A stretch of 63,955 nt of DNA, counting the filler, from Octopus bimaculoides (taxonomy: Eukaryota): the NCBI RefSeq assembly GCF_001194135.2. It is 5 parts of 5 records of this genome, joined end to end, with 100 filler letters (N's around TTAATTAATTAA, not from the genome) between each part and the next. Parts side by side here need not be neighbours in the genome. Positions count along the whole stretch, not along the records: positions 23,832 to 37,483 come from NC_068984.1; positions 37,584 to 60,947 come from NC_068981.1; 3 more parts are not named here. One strand, given 5' to 3'. Within the stretch, counting starts at the first letter, position 1; each line of letters starts with the position of its first letter. The notes beneath the pieces are model-generated. The model searched no databases, was not told the DNA's origin, and saw only the letters and a program-made list of their open reading frames with translations. Below, in pieces: positions 27,817 to 38,490 of this stretch. The translations under genes were made by a program, and so were the position numbers.

Positions 27817-30800
27817 ATATATGTTTCTGTGTCTATGTTTGTCCCCCACCCCCANNNNNNNNNNNNNNNNNNNNNNNNNNNNNNNNNNNNNNNNNNNNNN
27901 NNNNNNNNNNNNNNNNNNNNNNNNNNNNNNNNNNNNNNNNNNNNNNNNNNNNNNNNNNNNNNNNNNNNNNNNNNNNNNNNNNNNNNNNNNNNNNNNNNNN
28001 NNNNNNNNNNNNNNNNNNNNNNNNNNNNNNNNNNNNNNNNNNNNNNNNNNNNNNNNNNNNNNNNNNNNNNNNNNNNNNNNNNNNNNNNNNNNNNNNNNNN
28101 NNNNNNNNNNNNNNNNNNNNNNNNNNNNNNNNNNNNNNNNNNNNNNNNNNNCTGTCTGTTATCATCATCATTTGAAGTCCATATTTTCAATGCTTGTATA
28201 GGTTTGTCTTACATGGACAGGTCTTGTTTCATGCAATATCTTATCACTTGTTGTGGGCCCTTGTCATCTTCATGAGAGTCTTAAGATCAGCCTTCATCAC
28301 ATCTTCACATGCATTCTTTGATCTTTCTCATTTCCATTTTCATTCAGCTTGGATCACTTAGCACGTTTTTACCAATCATTCATTCTCCATACACATCACA
28401 TGCCTGTACAAGCAAGAATCTTTGTTGCACATTATAACTGATACCTTTTATGCTTAGTCTTCTTTTCAAATCATTCATGATCTCGTCTTCACACATTCTA
28501 ACATGCCACACCCAATGAAACATGCCCACCTCATTTTTTCCCCCTCACACTTCACACATTTGCACTCAGTACACATGTTTCCCAGGCCTCATGAGGCAAT
28601 GACTAGTGACTGGGACCTTTGGAAATATGCAGTGCGTGAGAAGACCCGGCAAGCCAAGCGAGACCATAATCCATGGCCTCTGCAAGAAGTGTAGCCAGCT
28701 CACTTATTCGTATCTTTACTTCATTGGACACTAAACTCTGCTTGCGAAGACCTGTTGAGGCAAGTGAAATCGAAATCGTAATTGAACCATATTCGATGAC
28801 TGGCACCTGTGCCAGTGGAGCACTAACAGCACCGTCCGAGTATGATCATTGCCAGAGCAGCTGTCTGGCTTCCGTGCTAGTGGCCCGTAAATAGCACCAT
28901 TTGAACGTAATAGTTACCAGCGTTGCCTTACTGGCACTTGTGCCAGTGGCACATTAGAAAATCATTCAAGCAAGGTTGTTGCCAGTGCTGCTGGACTGGC
29001 TCCTGTGCAGGTGGCACATAAAAAACACCATTTTGAGCGTGGCCGTCTTTCTGGATGGAACATTGCTCCATCCACAGATCTGATGTGCAGATTGCTACAG
29101 AATGTCTAGTAGAAACTTCAGTTGTCTTCTATGTCATAAATCTCTTCCTCACACTCCTCATCAGATACCTCACCTAGTACATCTTTGAGCCTACATCAAG
29201 CCAAGGGATTATTCAGCTTGTTTGTATACTTCTCATCTTCAAATTATCTTGTGTCTCTGAGTCTACCTAGCTCTTAGCTTGTAGCAGTTGATCCCTAATC
29301 TGTGTTAAATGTTACAGCCTTCACAAAAGAAAGCTGTATTATTCCCAATAATTTATTTATCTTAGTGAGTATGATGTCTCTTATATTTAAAATAATTGCA
29401 TTTTTTGCCTTGTTTTTCTTAAAATTTAGACACAGCTAAATTCCATATTTTATTTTAATTTATCATTTTCCATTTCAGGTCGTAATTGCCATGAGATACA
29501 AAACAACCCACTTGGAATAATTGACAGGTTTGATAATCGAAACGAACCGAATGAATTGTGGCAACGAACAACTGGATCTATGTTAGGAACCATGTGTGGC
29601 GTTATTGACAATGAAAATGCCTTGTTCTTTCCTGCTGACGGAACACGAGAGGCTGTAACTCTTCCACTTGACACAACGCATCTCAGGTAAGTGAACAAAA
29701 CTTTATTCTCTCTCTCTCTTTCTATATACATATATATATATATATAAGTAAAATAAGACAAGGTAGAAAATGCTAAAATAATTTTTATCATGAAGAACAT
29801 TTTAGTACCGGTTTCAGTCTTTGCAACTTTTTCAACTTAGAAAGTTGTTCATTTCCAGTCTTCCCTCTTAAAGCAGATGATGGGAGCTTTACCAGCATGG
29901 AAAATGGATGTTAAATGATGATACATATATATCATTGTCATCATCATTTAACGTCTGCTTTCCATGCTGGCATGGGTTGGACAGTTTGACTGAGGTCTGG
30001 AATGCCAGCGGCTGCACCAGGCTCCAATTTGATCTGACAATGTTTCTACAGCTTGATGCGCTTCCTAATGCCAACCACTCTGAGAGCATGGTGGGCGCTT
30101 TTTACGTGTCACTGACACAGAAGGCACTCAGGGGGCCCTGGCAGCGATAATGTTCGGATAGTACCTTTGACATGCCACTGGCACAGGAGCCAGTCAGGAG
30201 CACTGGCAAGGGCCACATTCGGATGGTGCTTTTTACATGCCACCGGCAATATATACATCACACAGCCTAATACAATAACCAAATCATTTGGCACATAAAA
30301 AGCACTCACTACACTCTCAGAGTGGATGGCATTAGAAAGGGCATCCAGCGGTAGAAACTTTGCCAGATCAGATTGGATCCTGGTGCAGCCTGCTGGATTT
30401 CCAGTCCTCAGTCAAACCGTCCAACCCATGCCAGCATGGAAAGCAGACGTTAAACAACGACGATGATGATGATCAGTATCCCAGTTTTGATGGTTTATTA
30501 CTTGATTAAACACTTGTACTAGAAACTGTTTTGATTTTTAATCAAAATCATCAAATAAGATGCTTTTTACATCTATTTTCTGTGCTGGTATAGATGAGAG
30601 GATTTTGAGTTAGTTGGTTTGTTTTGGTGGGGTCTTTTTTATCTTTTTTCTTAGTGCAATTGTTTTTGCAGATAAATGTAATTCCTACTACTGACCATTC
30701 AATGATAAAGAAAATGTGGAATCTGTCTGTCAGTCAGTCATATAAATAAGAGTCAACAAACTGGCTGAGTTGTTAGTGTATCAGACAAATACCCTGCCAT

Positions 30801-33800
30801 TTTGTCCCTTCTTACTGCACTCTGTGTTCACATCCCACTGAAACCAGCTTTGGTTTTCATCTTTTCGAAGTGAATAAAATAAAGTCCTAATCTCCCCCAT
30901 GCTACTGTGTATGTTTTGGCAGGGTTTTTATGGTGGGAGGCCCTTCCTAATACCAACCACTCTGCAGAGTGGACTCGGTGCCTTTTACGTGGCACTAGCA
31001 CAGGTGAGGTTAGTTTTAGCATGATTTTTACAGCTGGATGCCCTTCAAAATGCCAACCACTTTACAGTGTAGACTGGATATTTTTTACATGGTGCCAGCA
31101 CTGGCAGGGTCACCACGTAACTCACAAGACAAGCAATTATGAGAGAGGCAGGGGCCTTTAAGGAGGGGAACTTGTGTCAGAAAATAAAAGGTTAGAGTCT
31201 GTCTCTTTACCTTCTCAATTCAGAAATTCATTAGCAAAATACATATGGGTTTTTTTTTTTTTCCAGGTTGGTGCAGTTCCAGGTTTCTATTGGTGACATA
31301 AATGGTAACAAAGTGTGTAAGAAACCTAGGAATAGAAATGAAGCTGTGATCCTTGACTATTCTACAGACAATGAAATCACCTGGACAATGTTGAAAGTTG
31401 TTGAACCAAGTATGTATACTAGTTCCAATGAAATTGTCAGTGTTGAATTACCTGTTGATGCAAAAACCAATCGAACTATATTCAGATGGTGGCAACCACT
31501 TGGATATGGAGGTGAGTTGTTTTGATTTTGTCTCTTAACATTCAGATTACTCTATCAAATTCTTATCTATTCACTTTGCTTTGAATTAATCATGCATTAT
31601 TTCATAGCCTTGAGTTTTCAATGATGTGGTTATTTATTTTTAGAATGAAATTGTAAGGTGGGTGTTAGAGGCTGGATTTGGCCAGTTTTAGCATCAAATA
31701 TGTAGAATATTTTGACCAGATACAGCTGGTTTAAATGCTAAAGGGGTAACTTAATTTTGCTTTGATAAAAAAAAATCCATTTAAGTTTATGGAGCTGTAG
31801 GAAAGCTGATATCGTTGTTTGTCATGTTTGTGTTGCCATCCGGTTTCACCAGTCCTCAGTCAAATCGTCCAACTCATGCTAGCATGGAAAGCGGACGTTA
31901 AATGATGATGATGATGATGATGAACCTACAACAGGAAAAGTAGTACCCATGATCTTCATGTAAGAGTTCTGAGAATGGTAGGAGATAAGTAACGGTGGGG
32001 GACACAATTATCACTCAGAATAGTCATGGCTTGAATGCTTCCAACAGTGTTGACTCTGCTAAAGGCACACAAGAGTTGTGCAATAATAATTCTATCTAGT
32101 ATTGATGCAAAGCCTGAAATTTTAGAGAAGTGGGTTCGTTCATTACATCGACCCTATTGCTCAACTGGTACTTACACACACATTACTGTTGTTGACTTAG
32201 TGAACATATTAAAAAAACTTAACTTTCGACATGAAAAAAGGCAAACTTGTACTGTCTAAAAATTATGAGATTTCAGTCCAAGATTTGAATTTGAACAATA
32301 CCCTTTTGACACCAATCCATCTTAGATCATCCCCTGATACTGTGATAAAAATACCTTGTGTTAAAGGGATCTGCATTAAACCCTTCCATCACCATTAATA
32401 TTAATTCACGTTCAAGAAAACAGCTTATTATTAACAAAATCATTTTACTAACTTCTTAATGATTTTAAAATTAATTGAAACTTAGACAGTGTATTTCAAT
32501 ATTTCAACAGAGATAAGACAGCAAGATGGCAGAAATGTTAGCACACTGGGCAAAATGCTTAGCGGTATTTTGTCTGTCTTTATGTTCTGAGTTCAAATTC
32601 TGCCTTTACCTTTCATCCTTTCGGGATTAAATTAAGTACCAGTTGCATACTGGGATCAATCTAATTGACTGGCCCCCTCCCCAAAAACTTCGGGCCTTGT
32701 GCCTAGAGTAGAAAAGAATATTTCAACAGAAATATGGAAACAAAAGGGTTAATAACTAGCTGGTAGAGACGTGCTAAATTCTTCTGTCGACTTTGTTATT
32801 TATTTCTTTGGAATAGACATAATTCTGTTTCTTCTTCAACAAAAAAAATTATAGTTGTATATATATTTTATCAACTTACATAAGGAAATTTAAAGAAAAC
32901 ATTTTAAAATACAGCTTCAGGTATGATAAGGATTAAGTTTAATCTTTTATTTTTTTCTTAAAAAAATCTTGAGATGTTTTTAAACCATACCTTTGTTAAC
33001 ATTATATTATGTATCAGCAGAAGAAATACAATACGATGAGTCAAAAAAACTGACAAAAACGAAAAGAATATATATATAATGTAGGTAGGGGGAAAATCCC
33101 AGCTGTGTCCTCTTGAAGCACATCTGCTTATTCCAGTATTCCAATCCAGTATGTCGTTGTTGTCATTGTTGTATTGATGTGAAGTACATTTGAAATTTAA
33201 AATTCTGGAAATATTGTTTGAAGAGTTAATTATTATATAGCAAAACAGTTATTTGGAGAAATTTTGGTATCATTTATTCACCATTACACATGTTTCATTT
33301 GCTAATAGGAATCACAAAATTGTACATGTTGGGTAAACATGTAAGAAATTTCCTATTAGAAATTCTTCTGGCAGAGAATCAAACAGTTTTGACTGAGTAT
33401 CTGTCTGCCAGTAGGGTGCAGTTTGGCATGGTGGAGATTACTCTCTGAGCTGTTAAAACACCTGAAAGTCATGGACAGGTGAGACAACTCACCTCTAATT
33501 CCATCCAGGAGTGATGGACATTCATGTTCCACCATTCTTATGGCTTATCAGCATCACACACCCAAACAGGATTGGAGATGACTGATATTGCCAGTCCACA
33601 ATTTATATGTGTGTAGCATGTAAATTATGTGTGGGTGTGCCCGACAATGCATACATAAGAATGAATTTGGTAGGCTGCAATTTGGCATTGTGGAGAATAC
33701 TCTCCCAAAGTATTCAGGTGTTAAAACACCTGAAAGTCATGGATAGGCAAGCATGCCAAATCACAGCCTACTAGCAAATGCATGGAGCATATCATCATCA

Positions 33801-34659
33801 TCGTTTAACATCTGCTTTCCATGCTGGCATGGGTTGGATGGTTTGACTGAAAACTGGTAAGCTGGGGAGCTGCACCAGGTTCCAGTCTGATTTGGCATGG
33901 TTGCTATGACTGGATGCCCTTCCTAATGCCAACCCATCCAAGAATGTAGTGGGTGCATTTTATTGGCCATTGGCATGGATGCCAATTATGCAACACCAGC
34001 ATCAGCCATAACTATAATCTCACTTGGCTTGTCAGGTTTTCTCAAGCATGGTTTAGTGCCAAAGATCTCAATCACTTGTCACTGCCTCTGCATGGCCCAA
34101 CATTCAAATGGTGCTTTCTACATGCCACAGGTATGAGTGCCAGTTACACTTCACTGGAATGTGTGTGTGTGTGTATGTGTGTGTATATGTTTGTGTGTCT
34201 GTCTCCCCACCATCGCTTGACAACTGATGTTGATGTGTTTATGTCCCTGTAACTTAGTGGTTCGGACCGATAGAATAAGTACTAGGCCTACAAAGAATAA
34301 GTCCTGTGGTTGATTTGTTCAACTAAAGGTGGTACTCCAGCATGACTGCAGTCAAATGACTGAAACAAATAAAAGAATATATAAATATATAAATATATAT
34401 ATATATATATAAAAACATATGAAAATCAATGTCTTCCTATTTCCAAGCAGCTTCTGTCTTAATTTTGCAGGATTACCAAGGGCAGTTTGGGGAATTGACA
34501 GTGTACTGGTTGGAGTGAATGACACAAGTGCATTGGGCTTTCAAGATGATTTTAATGGCCAAAATCCTAACCCTCAATCCTGGTTTATTACACAAAGTGG
34601 TGTCCCAAGAATAAGTTGTCGATCTAATGGTCATGCTTTGGAATTCAGCCGAAATAATG
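24430..34659 (+). CDS. RELN: Reelin (partial gene model, 5 internal coding exons, 1018 nt, 339 codons)
   Basis: Manual splicing gives one open frame: INVDC...FQYSHDNGNSW...R|PVLFRWWQ...FSLDDVYIG-EGF(CLDRCNRNGICQSQHRSVECKCEEG|TQGRNC)-...DRFD...TLPLDTTHLR|LVQFQV...DYSTDNEITW...TIFRWWQ|...WGIDSVLVG...FQDDF...ALEF. Asp-box, FRWWQ, W-x-ID-x-V-x-IG and a central EGF are hallmarks of reelin repeats. Intron phases 0/2/1/2/1/1 all match. Confidence 0.93.
25590..26030 (+). mobile_element. CR1-like LINE 3' end
   Basis: TSTGPAVFNIMPSHTREEKDLKTFKQVLDEYLQ*IPDKS...ANNNSLLEW resembles the CR1-clade ORF2 C-terminus (GPxLFNxLP...FKxxLDxYL...PD...NSL). Confidence 0.65.
26130..26290 (+). CDS. RELN: Reelin exon 2 of 5 (end of sub-repeat A + most of EGF)
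   Basis: Acceptor acctatcag|A, donor CAAG|gtaatt; 161 nt, phase 2 to 1; PVLFRWWQRGGTAHSFSLDDVYIGPSCLDRCNRNGICQSQHRSVECKCEEGTQ. Confidence 0.93.
27610..27854 (+). mobile_element. SINE family A, 5' half
   Basis: ggagtggctgtgtggtaagtagcttgc...ccgggttcagtcccactgcgtggcaccttgggcaag...; runs into an N gap. Confidence 0.85.
28160..28585 (-). mobile_element. Old RTE-clade LINE 3' fragment with short 3' UTR and (GAT)n tail
   Basis: Minus-strand translation ...LKRRLSIKGISYNVQQR...; tail atcatcatcatttgaagtccatattttcaatgcttg at ~28160. Confidence 0.6.
28586..29045 (+). mobile_element. RTE-clade LINE ORF2 C-terminus + repeat-containing 3' UTR
   Basis: EAMTSDWDLWKYAVREKTRQAK, followed by four ~67-nt units of type actggcacctgtgccagtggcac..aaa.gcaccat; the unit continues in the tail family at position 1. 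Confidence 0.7.
29479..29686 (+). CDS. RELN: Reelin exon 3 of 5 (last EGF Cys + start of sub-repeat B)
   Basis: Acceptor catttcag|GT, donor CTCAG|gtaagt; 208 nt, phase 1 to 2; RNCHEIQNNPLGIIDRFDNRNEPNELWQRTTGSMLGTMCGVIDNENALFFPADGTREAVTLPLDTTHL. Confidence 0.92.
29936..30250 (-). mobile_element. RTE-type 3' tail (reelin intron)
   Basis: catcatcatttaacgtctgctttccatgctggcatgggttggac... Confidence 0.8.
30288..30473 (+). mobile_element. RTE-type 3' tail (reelin intron), inverted relative to 29936-30110
   Basis: ggcacataaaaagcactcactacactctc...ccaacccatgccagcatggaaagcagacgttaaac...(gat)n. Confidence 0.8.
30900..31190 (-). mobile_element. Non-autonomous RTE-related element with a duplicated module
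   Basis: Same two-module structure as 20365-20760. Confidence 0.6.
31267..31511 (+). CDS. RELN: Reelin exon 4 of 5 (sub-repeat B core with variant Asp-box YSTDNEITW)
   Basis: Acceptor poly-T ttccag|G, donor GGAG|gtgagt; 245 nt, phase 2 to 1; LVQFQVSIGDINGNKVCKKPRNRNEAVILDYSTDNEITWTMLKVVEPSMYTSSNEIVSVELPVDAKTNRTIFRWWQPLGYG. Confidence 0.93.
31831..31923 (+). mobile_element. 5'-truncated young RTE tail
   Basis: 71/73 nt identical to 113-185, followed by (gat)n. Confidence 0.85.
32515..32715 (+). mobile_element. SINE family C
   Basis: atggcagaaatgttagcacactgggcaaaatgcttagcggtattt...gagttcaaattctgcc... Confidence 0.8.
33790..34130 (-). mobile_element. RTE-type 3' tail
   Basis: atcatcatcatcgtttaacatctgctttccatgctggcatgggttggatgg... 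Confidence 0.75.
34140..34375 (+). mobile_element. SINE family A, 3' half
   Basis: ccccaccatcgcttgacaac...ctccagcatgactgcagtcaaatgactgaaacaaataaaag; ends ~95 nt before the exon 5 acceptor. Confidence 0.8.
34471..34659 (+). CDS. RELN: Reelin exon 5 of 5 (end of sub-repeat B + start of next repeat)
   Basis: Acceptor aattttgcag|GA, donor AATG|gtatgt; 189 nt, phase 1 to 1; LPRAVWGIDSVLVGVNDTSALGFQDDFNGQNPNPQSWFITQSGVPRISCRSNGHALEFSRNN. Confidence 0.92.
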
Positions 34660-34701
34660 GTATGTAACTGTATAAAGCACTTTACGCATTTTCATGTATT
34701 C

Positions 34702-34801
34702 AGGTTTTTTATTATATGACATTTTTAATTATTTCTTTTTACAATATTCTTAGGTTTTTTATTATATGACAGTTTTAATTATTTCTTTTTACAATATTCT
34801 T
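34702..34801. repeat. 50-bp tandem duplication
   Basis: aggttttttattatatgaca(t/g)ttttaattatttctttttacaatattctt twice, one mismatch. Confidence 0.9.
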
Positions 34802-36432
34802 AAAATAGACTCGTACTTTAATAATTCATGAAAATAATTTCATTGGTTCCCCCCCCCCNNNNNNNNNNNNNNNNNNNNNNNNNNNNNNNNNNNNNNNNNN
34901 NNNNNNNNNNNNNNNCGCCCCACACATACACACACACTTTTCTTTTCCATGTCAAATCTTGATTTCTTCCTTAAAGTTAAACTAAACAACACTTTCCATC
35001 CATCGTATTTATCTTAATATATTACTGGGGTGTTTCTTTGAACTGTGAAATGCCAAATCAATTCATCGACCATTGAATTATGTATTTGTTCTCATTCATA
35101 AATGAAACTATTTATTTTAATGCCTACAAATAACAGAACGGAAGGAGAGAAAAATAGGAATTGTATATATCTGAATTTATTTAATTTGTTTTGTTTTTTT
35201 GTAATTAATCATTTTCCACCAAACAGTTTACTCTGTATTTTTATTCTCTAGTCAACTGTATAAGCATTACTTCCCATCTGGACAGATTGTAACAGAACAT
35301 TTTATTATTGAATTCTTAGGCCACTTTATTAAAACATCCTTTATTCAGACTTTAATATCTTTTCTTTTCTTTTTTCTTTCACTTGCTGGGTCTGAAGGAA
35401 GGGTATTGATGTCATTAACGTTTTGTTTAAACTGTTGCGAGATGACCCCAACTAGAAAGGCATTAGAGGTAGATTCCAGAAAATCAATGTTCTGGAGATG
35501 AAACACTCTGCATAATTTCCAGTGTGTGGCCTGGTTGGGTTGCACACAAGAAGAGTGGCGATAAAGAGATGAGTAGACTGAAAGTTCATGAGTGGAGTTA
35601 ACCCAAGATCAGCTAACTCTTACAAACAAAAGCCATTACAATAGTGACAGATGAGAAATAGCACATCTGTGGATTAAAGGTTGGAATACATTAAGGGAAC
35701 TTTCATTAGGTGCACTCTAGGGTATTTTACTACAGGTTTCTAGAATGCAAGATATTAGCAGTGACAAATGAGAATGGTAGAGGCATTTCTGCTTCATTGA
35801 GTATTATCAATAATATGAACTCATTGCCAACATGCCTGAATGAAATCTCTCATCACAGATATAGACAAAAATGGTGAAAAACTATCACTTGTGTTGTAGG
35901 TAACTGCCCAGCAGAGTAAAAATTCATTATATGCAACAGAAGCAGTATTAGATTAAAATAGCTATTTATGTATCATACTTAATGTAAATACATTGTGATA
36001 GTCAAAATTTATTCACCTATCTAAAACTGCTTCTGTTGGATATAATAAACTTTGAATATAAATTTATTTTGGGAGGAGTCAAAATATTCCTTGCATTGCA
36101 CAGCTGTGGATATTGACTCAGTTTGGTTGTAACTGAAATAATTAAAATTTAAAGTGAATTTCATAACTTGTGTATTAATTAAATGACTCTTCCACAATGA
36201 AATTTCTTCAGTTCTAATACATAGTCCCAGATCAAGTTAAACTCACTGGAAGACAAGAGAATAACTCCAAAATAGTACATTAATTACGAAGCCATTCTAG
36301 AAACATGACTGAAATTCTTAATTACAAATTATTTGATAAAAAACTTTTTTTTACTATCAACAAAAAGCATATATTTTTGCTTTGGTATGAAAACTAAGCA
36401 TTGAAGTAACTACAAAGTAGAATATCCTTCAC

Positions 36433-36487
<55 letters not shown>

Positions 36488-36792
36488 TTGGCATATGCAT
36501 TGCTGTGTGATTAAGAAGCTCCCTTTGCAACCGATTGTATGGCATCTTGGGCGTCTTCTACTATTGCCCCAAGACAACCAACGCCTTGTGAGTGAATTGA
36601 TTAGGTTGAAATTGCATAGAAGCCTATTGGGTGTGTGTGTACTTATACAAAGTATGGAGATTTAGTTCACCAGTGATCTAAACGATTAGGTACACTAGGT
36701 AAGTGCTGTAACAGATTACTAGGGCTCCAAGGTTATAGCCGAGATGGTAGTTATGGAGCCATTGCAGATTTCCGATGCAGCAGATATATAAT

Positions 36793-36926
36793 TGTTAAAG
36801 AGGACAACAAGCATTAAGGCAAGGCAAATATCTCAAGTCGTATACAATATTATTATTGGAAAATAATAATATTGTATACGACTTGATATGTTTGCCATGC
36901 CTTAATGCTTGTTGTCCTCTTTAACA
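36793..36926. repeat. Near-perfect inverted repeat (65-bp arms, 4-nt GGAA loop)
   Basis: Arms 36793-36857 and 36862-36926, 62/65 complementary; flanked by TA repeats. Confidence 0.95.
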
Positions 36927-36951
36927 TATATATATATATATATATAACATA

Positions 36952-37279
36952 GTGAGGGCATATGGCTTAATGTTACTGCATTTGGCTCACAATCAAAAGG
37001 TTGTGAGTTTGATTCCTGGCAATATATTGCATCCTTGAGCAAGACACTTCATTTCATGTTGCTCCACTTTACTCGGATGGCAAAAATGAGTTGTGCTTGT
37101 AGTCCAATGGGCCAGCCTTGTCATGTTCAGCATGTCATACTGAATCTTCCTTAGAACTATGTTAAGGATGTGTGTGTTTGGGAAGTGCTCAGCCACTTGC
37201 ATGTTAATTTCGTGAGCAGGCTCTTCCATTGATTGAATCAGCAGGAATACTCATCAATTCCATAACCAACGGAGGGCCC

Positions 37280-37280
<1 letters not shown>
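36952..37280 (+). mobile_element. tRNA-derived SINE (B-like head + gctcagccacttgca tail module)
   Basis: ggcatatggcttaatg...gagtttgattcc...cttgagcaagacactt...gccagccttgtca...gtgctcagccacttgcatgttaatttc. Confidence 0.7.
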
Positions 37281-37313
<33 letters not shown>

Positions 37314-37483
37314 TATATTATATTATATCATATTATATATATATATTATATTATATATATATATATTATATTATATTATATATATATTATATTATATATA
37401 TATTATATTATATATATATATTATATTATATATATATATTATATTATATATATATATTATATTATATATATATATTATATTAT

Positions 37484-37583
37484 NNNNNNNNNNNNNNNNN
37501 NNNNNNNNNNNNNNNNNNNNNNNNNNNTTAATTAATTAANNNNNNNNNNNNNNNNNNNNNNNNNNNNNNNNNNNNNNNNNNNN
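37484..37583. other. Synthetic 100-bp scaffold-join spacer
   Basis: 44 N + TTAATTAATTAA (37528-37539) + 44 N. Confidence 0.9.
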
Positions 37584-37615
<32 letters not shown>

Positions 37616-38177
37616 AATATATGAGTATATGCATATATATATACATGTATGTACATACCTTCATCTACATGTAGATATAGATACATAACTGGGTATTCAT
37701 ATTCATATACAGACGCACACACGTGTGAACATAATGTGTGTGTGTGGTTCTTTTGCAATTTCTTCGTAAATAATCACTTCAATACGACATGCAGAATTGT
37801 AGGTAGAGTAACACAATGATAAGCTGCGCAGAGTCAGTGTGTTTGCCTTTAATTGCTCAAATCTGTGTTAAGAATCATGAATGAGGATGATCGAATAGAA
37901 ATCCCAATAATTGTCATAGCTTAAACTTTCGTACTTTTTCGAAAAGCCACATGCAAACACACACACACACACAAACACACAGACACAATTAAACTTGTAC
38001 AGCCACACATGCATAAACGAAATCGCCCACACACAAACACCCACGTACACACACACTCACATTTAAACTCATACAACCACACATGGATTAACAAAATCGC
38101 ACACATACACACGCGTACGCACACACGCGCGCACACACCGCGCACACACGCATACTAATATACGTACACATAGGTAT

Positions 38178-38490
38178 GGATGCAGGTCAGGCTATGTGAT
38201 TAAGCAGCTCGCTTTGAAACTACGTGGTTTCAGGTTCAGATCCACTGTGCAGCACCCACGAGTAAATGTCATCTACCATAGCTTCGGGTTCACCAATGTC
38301 TTGTAAATTGACATAGTAGACGGAGACTGTTGTGCCTGTAATTCAAAGGGTCATGTTAAGGGTACATGTGTCTGTGGTGTGCTCAGCCACTTGCACGTTA
38401 ATTTTACGAGCAGGCTGTTCCGTTGATCGGATCAACTGGAACCCTCGACGTCGTAAGCGACGGAGTGCCAACAACAACAACAACAACAAC
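38178..38490 (+). mobile_element. Chimeric SINE: family-A head fused to the shared tail module, (CAA)n end
   Basis: Diverged A head to 38327, then tgttgtgcctgtaattcaaagg...gctcagccacttgcacgttaattttacgagcaggctgttccgttgatcgg...(aac)n. Confidence 0.7.

Noticed and set aside
28797-29045. Regularly spaced repeats as a CRISPR-like array
   Set aside because: Units are degenerate, without unique spacers between identical repeats, and lie in a LINE 3' UTR of a eukaryotic genome.
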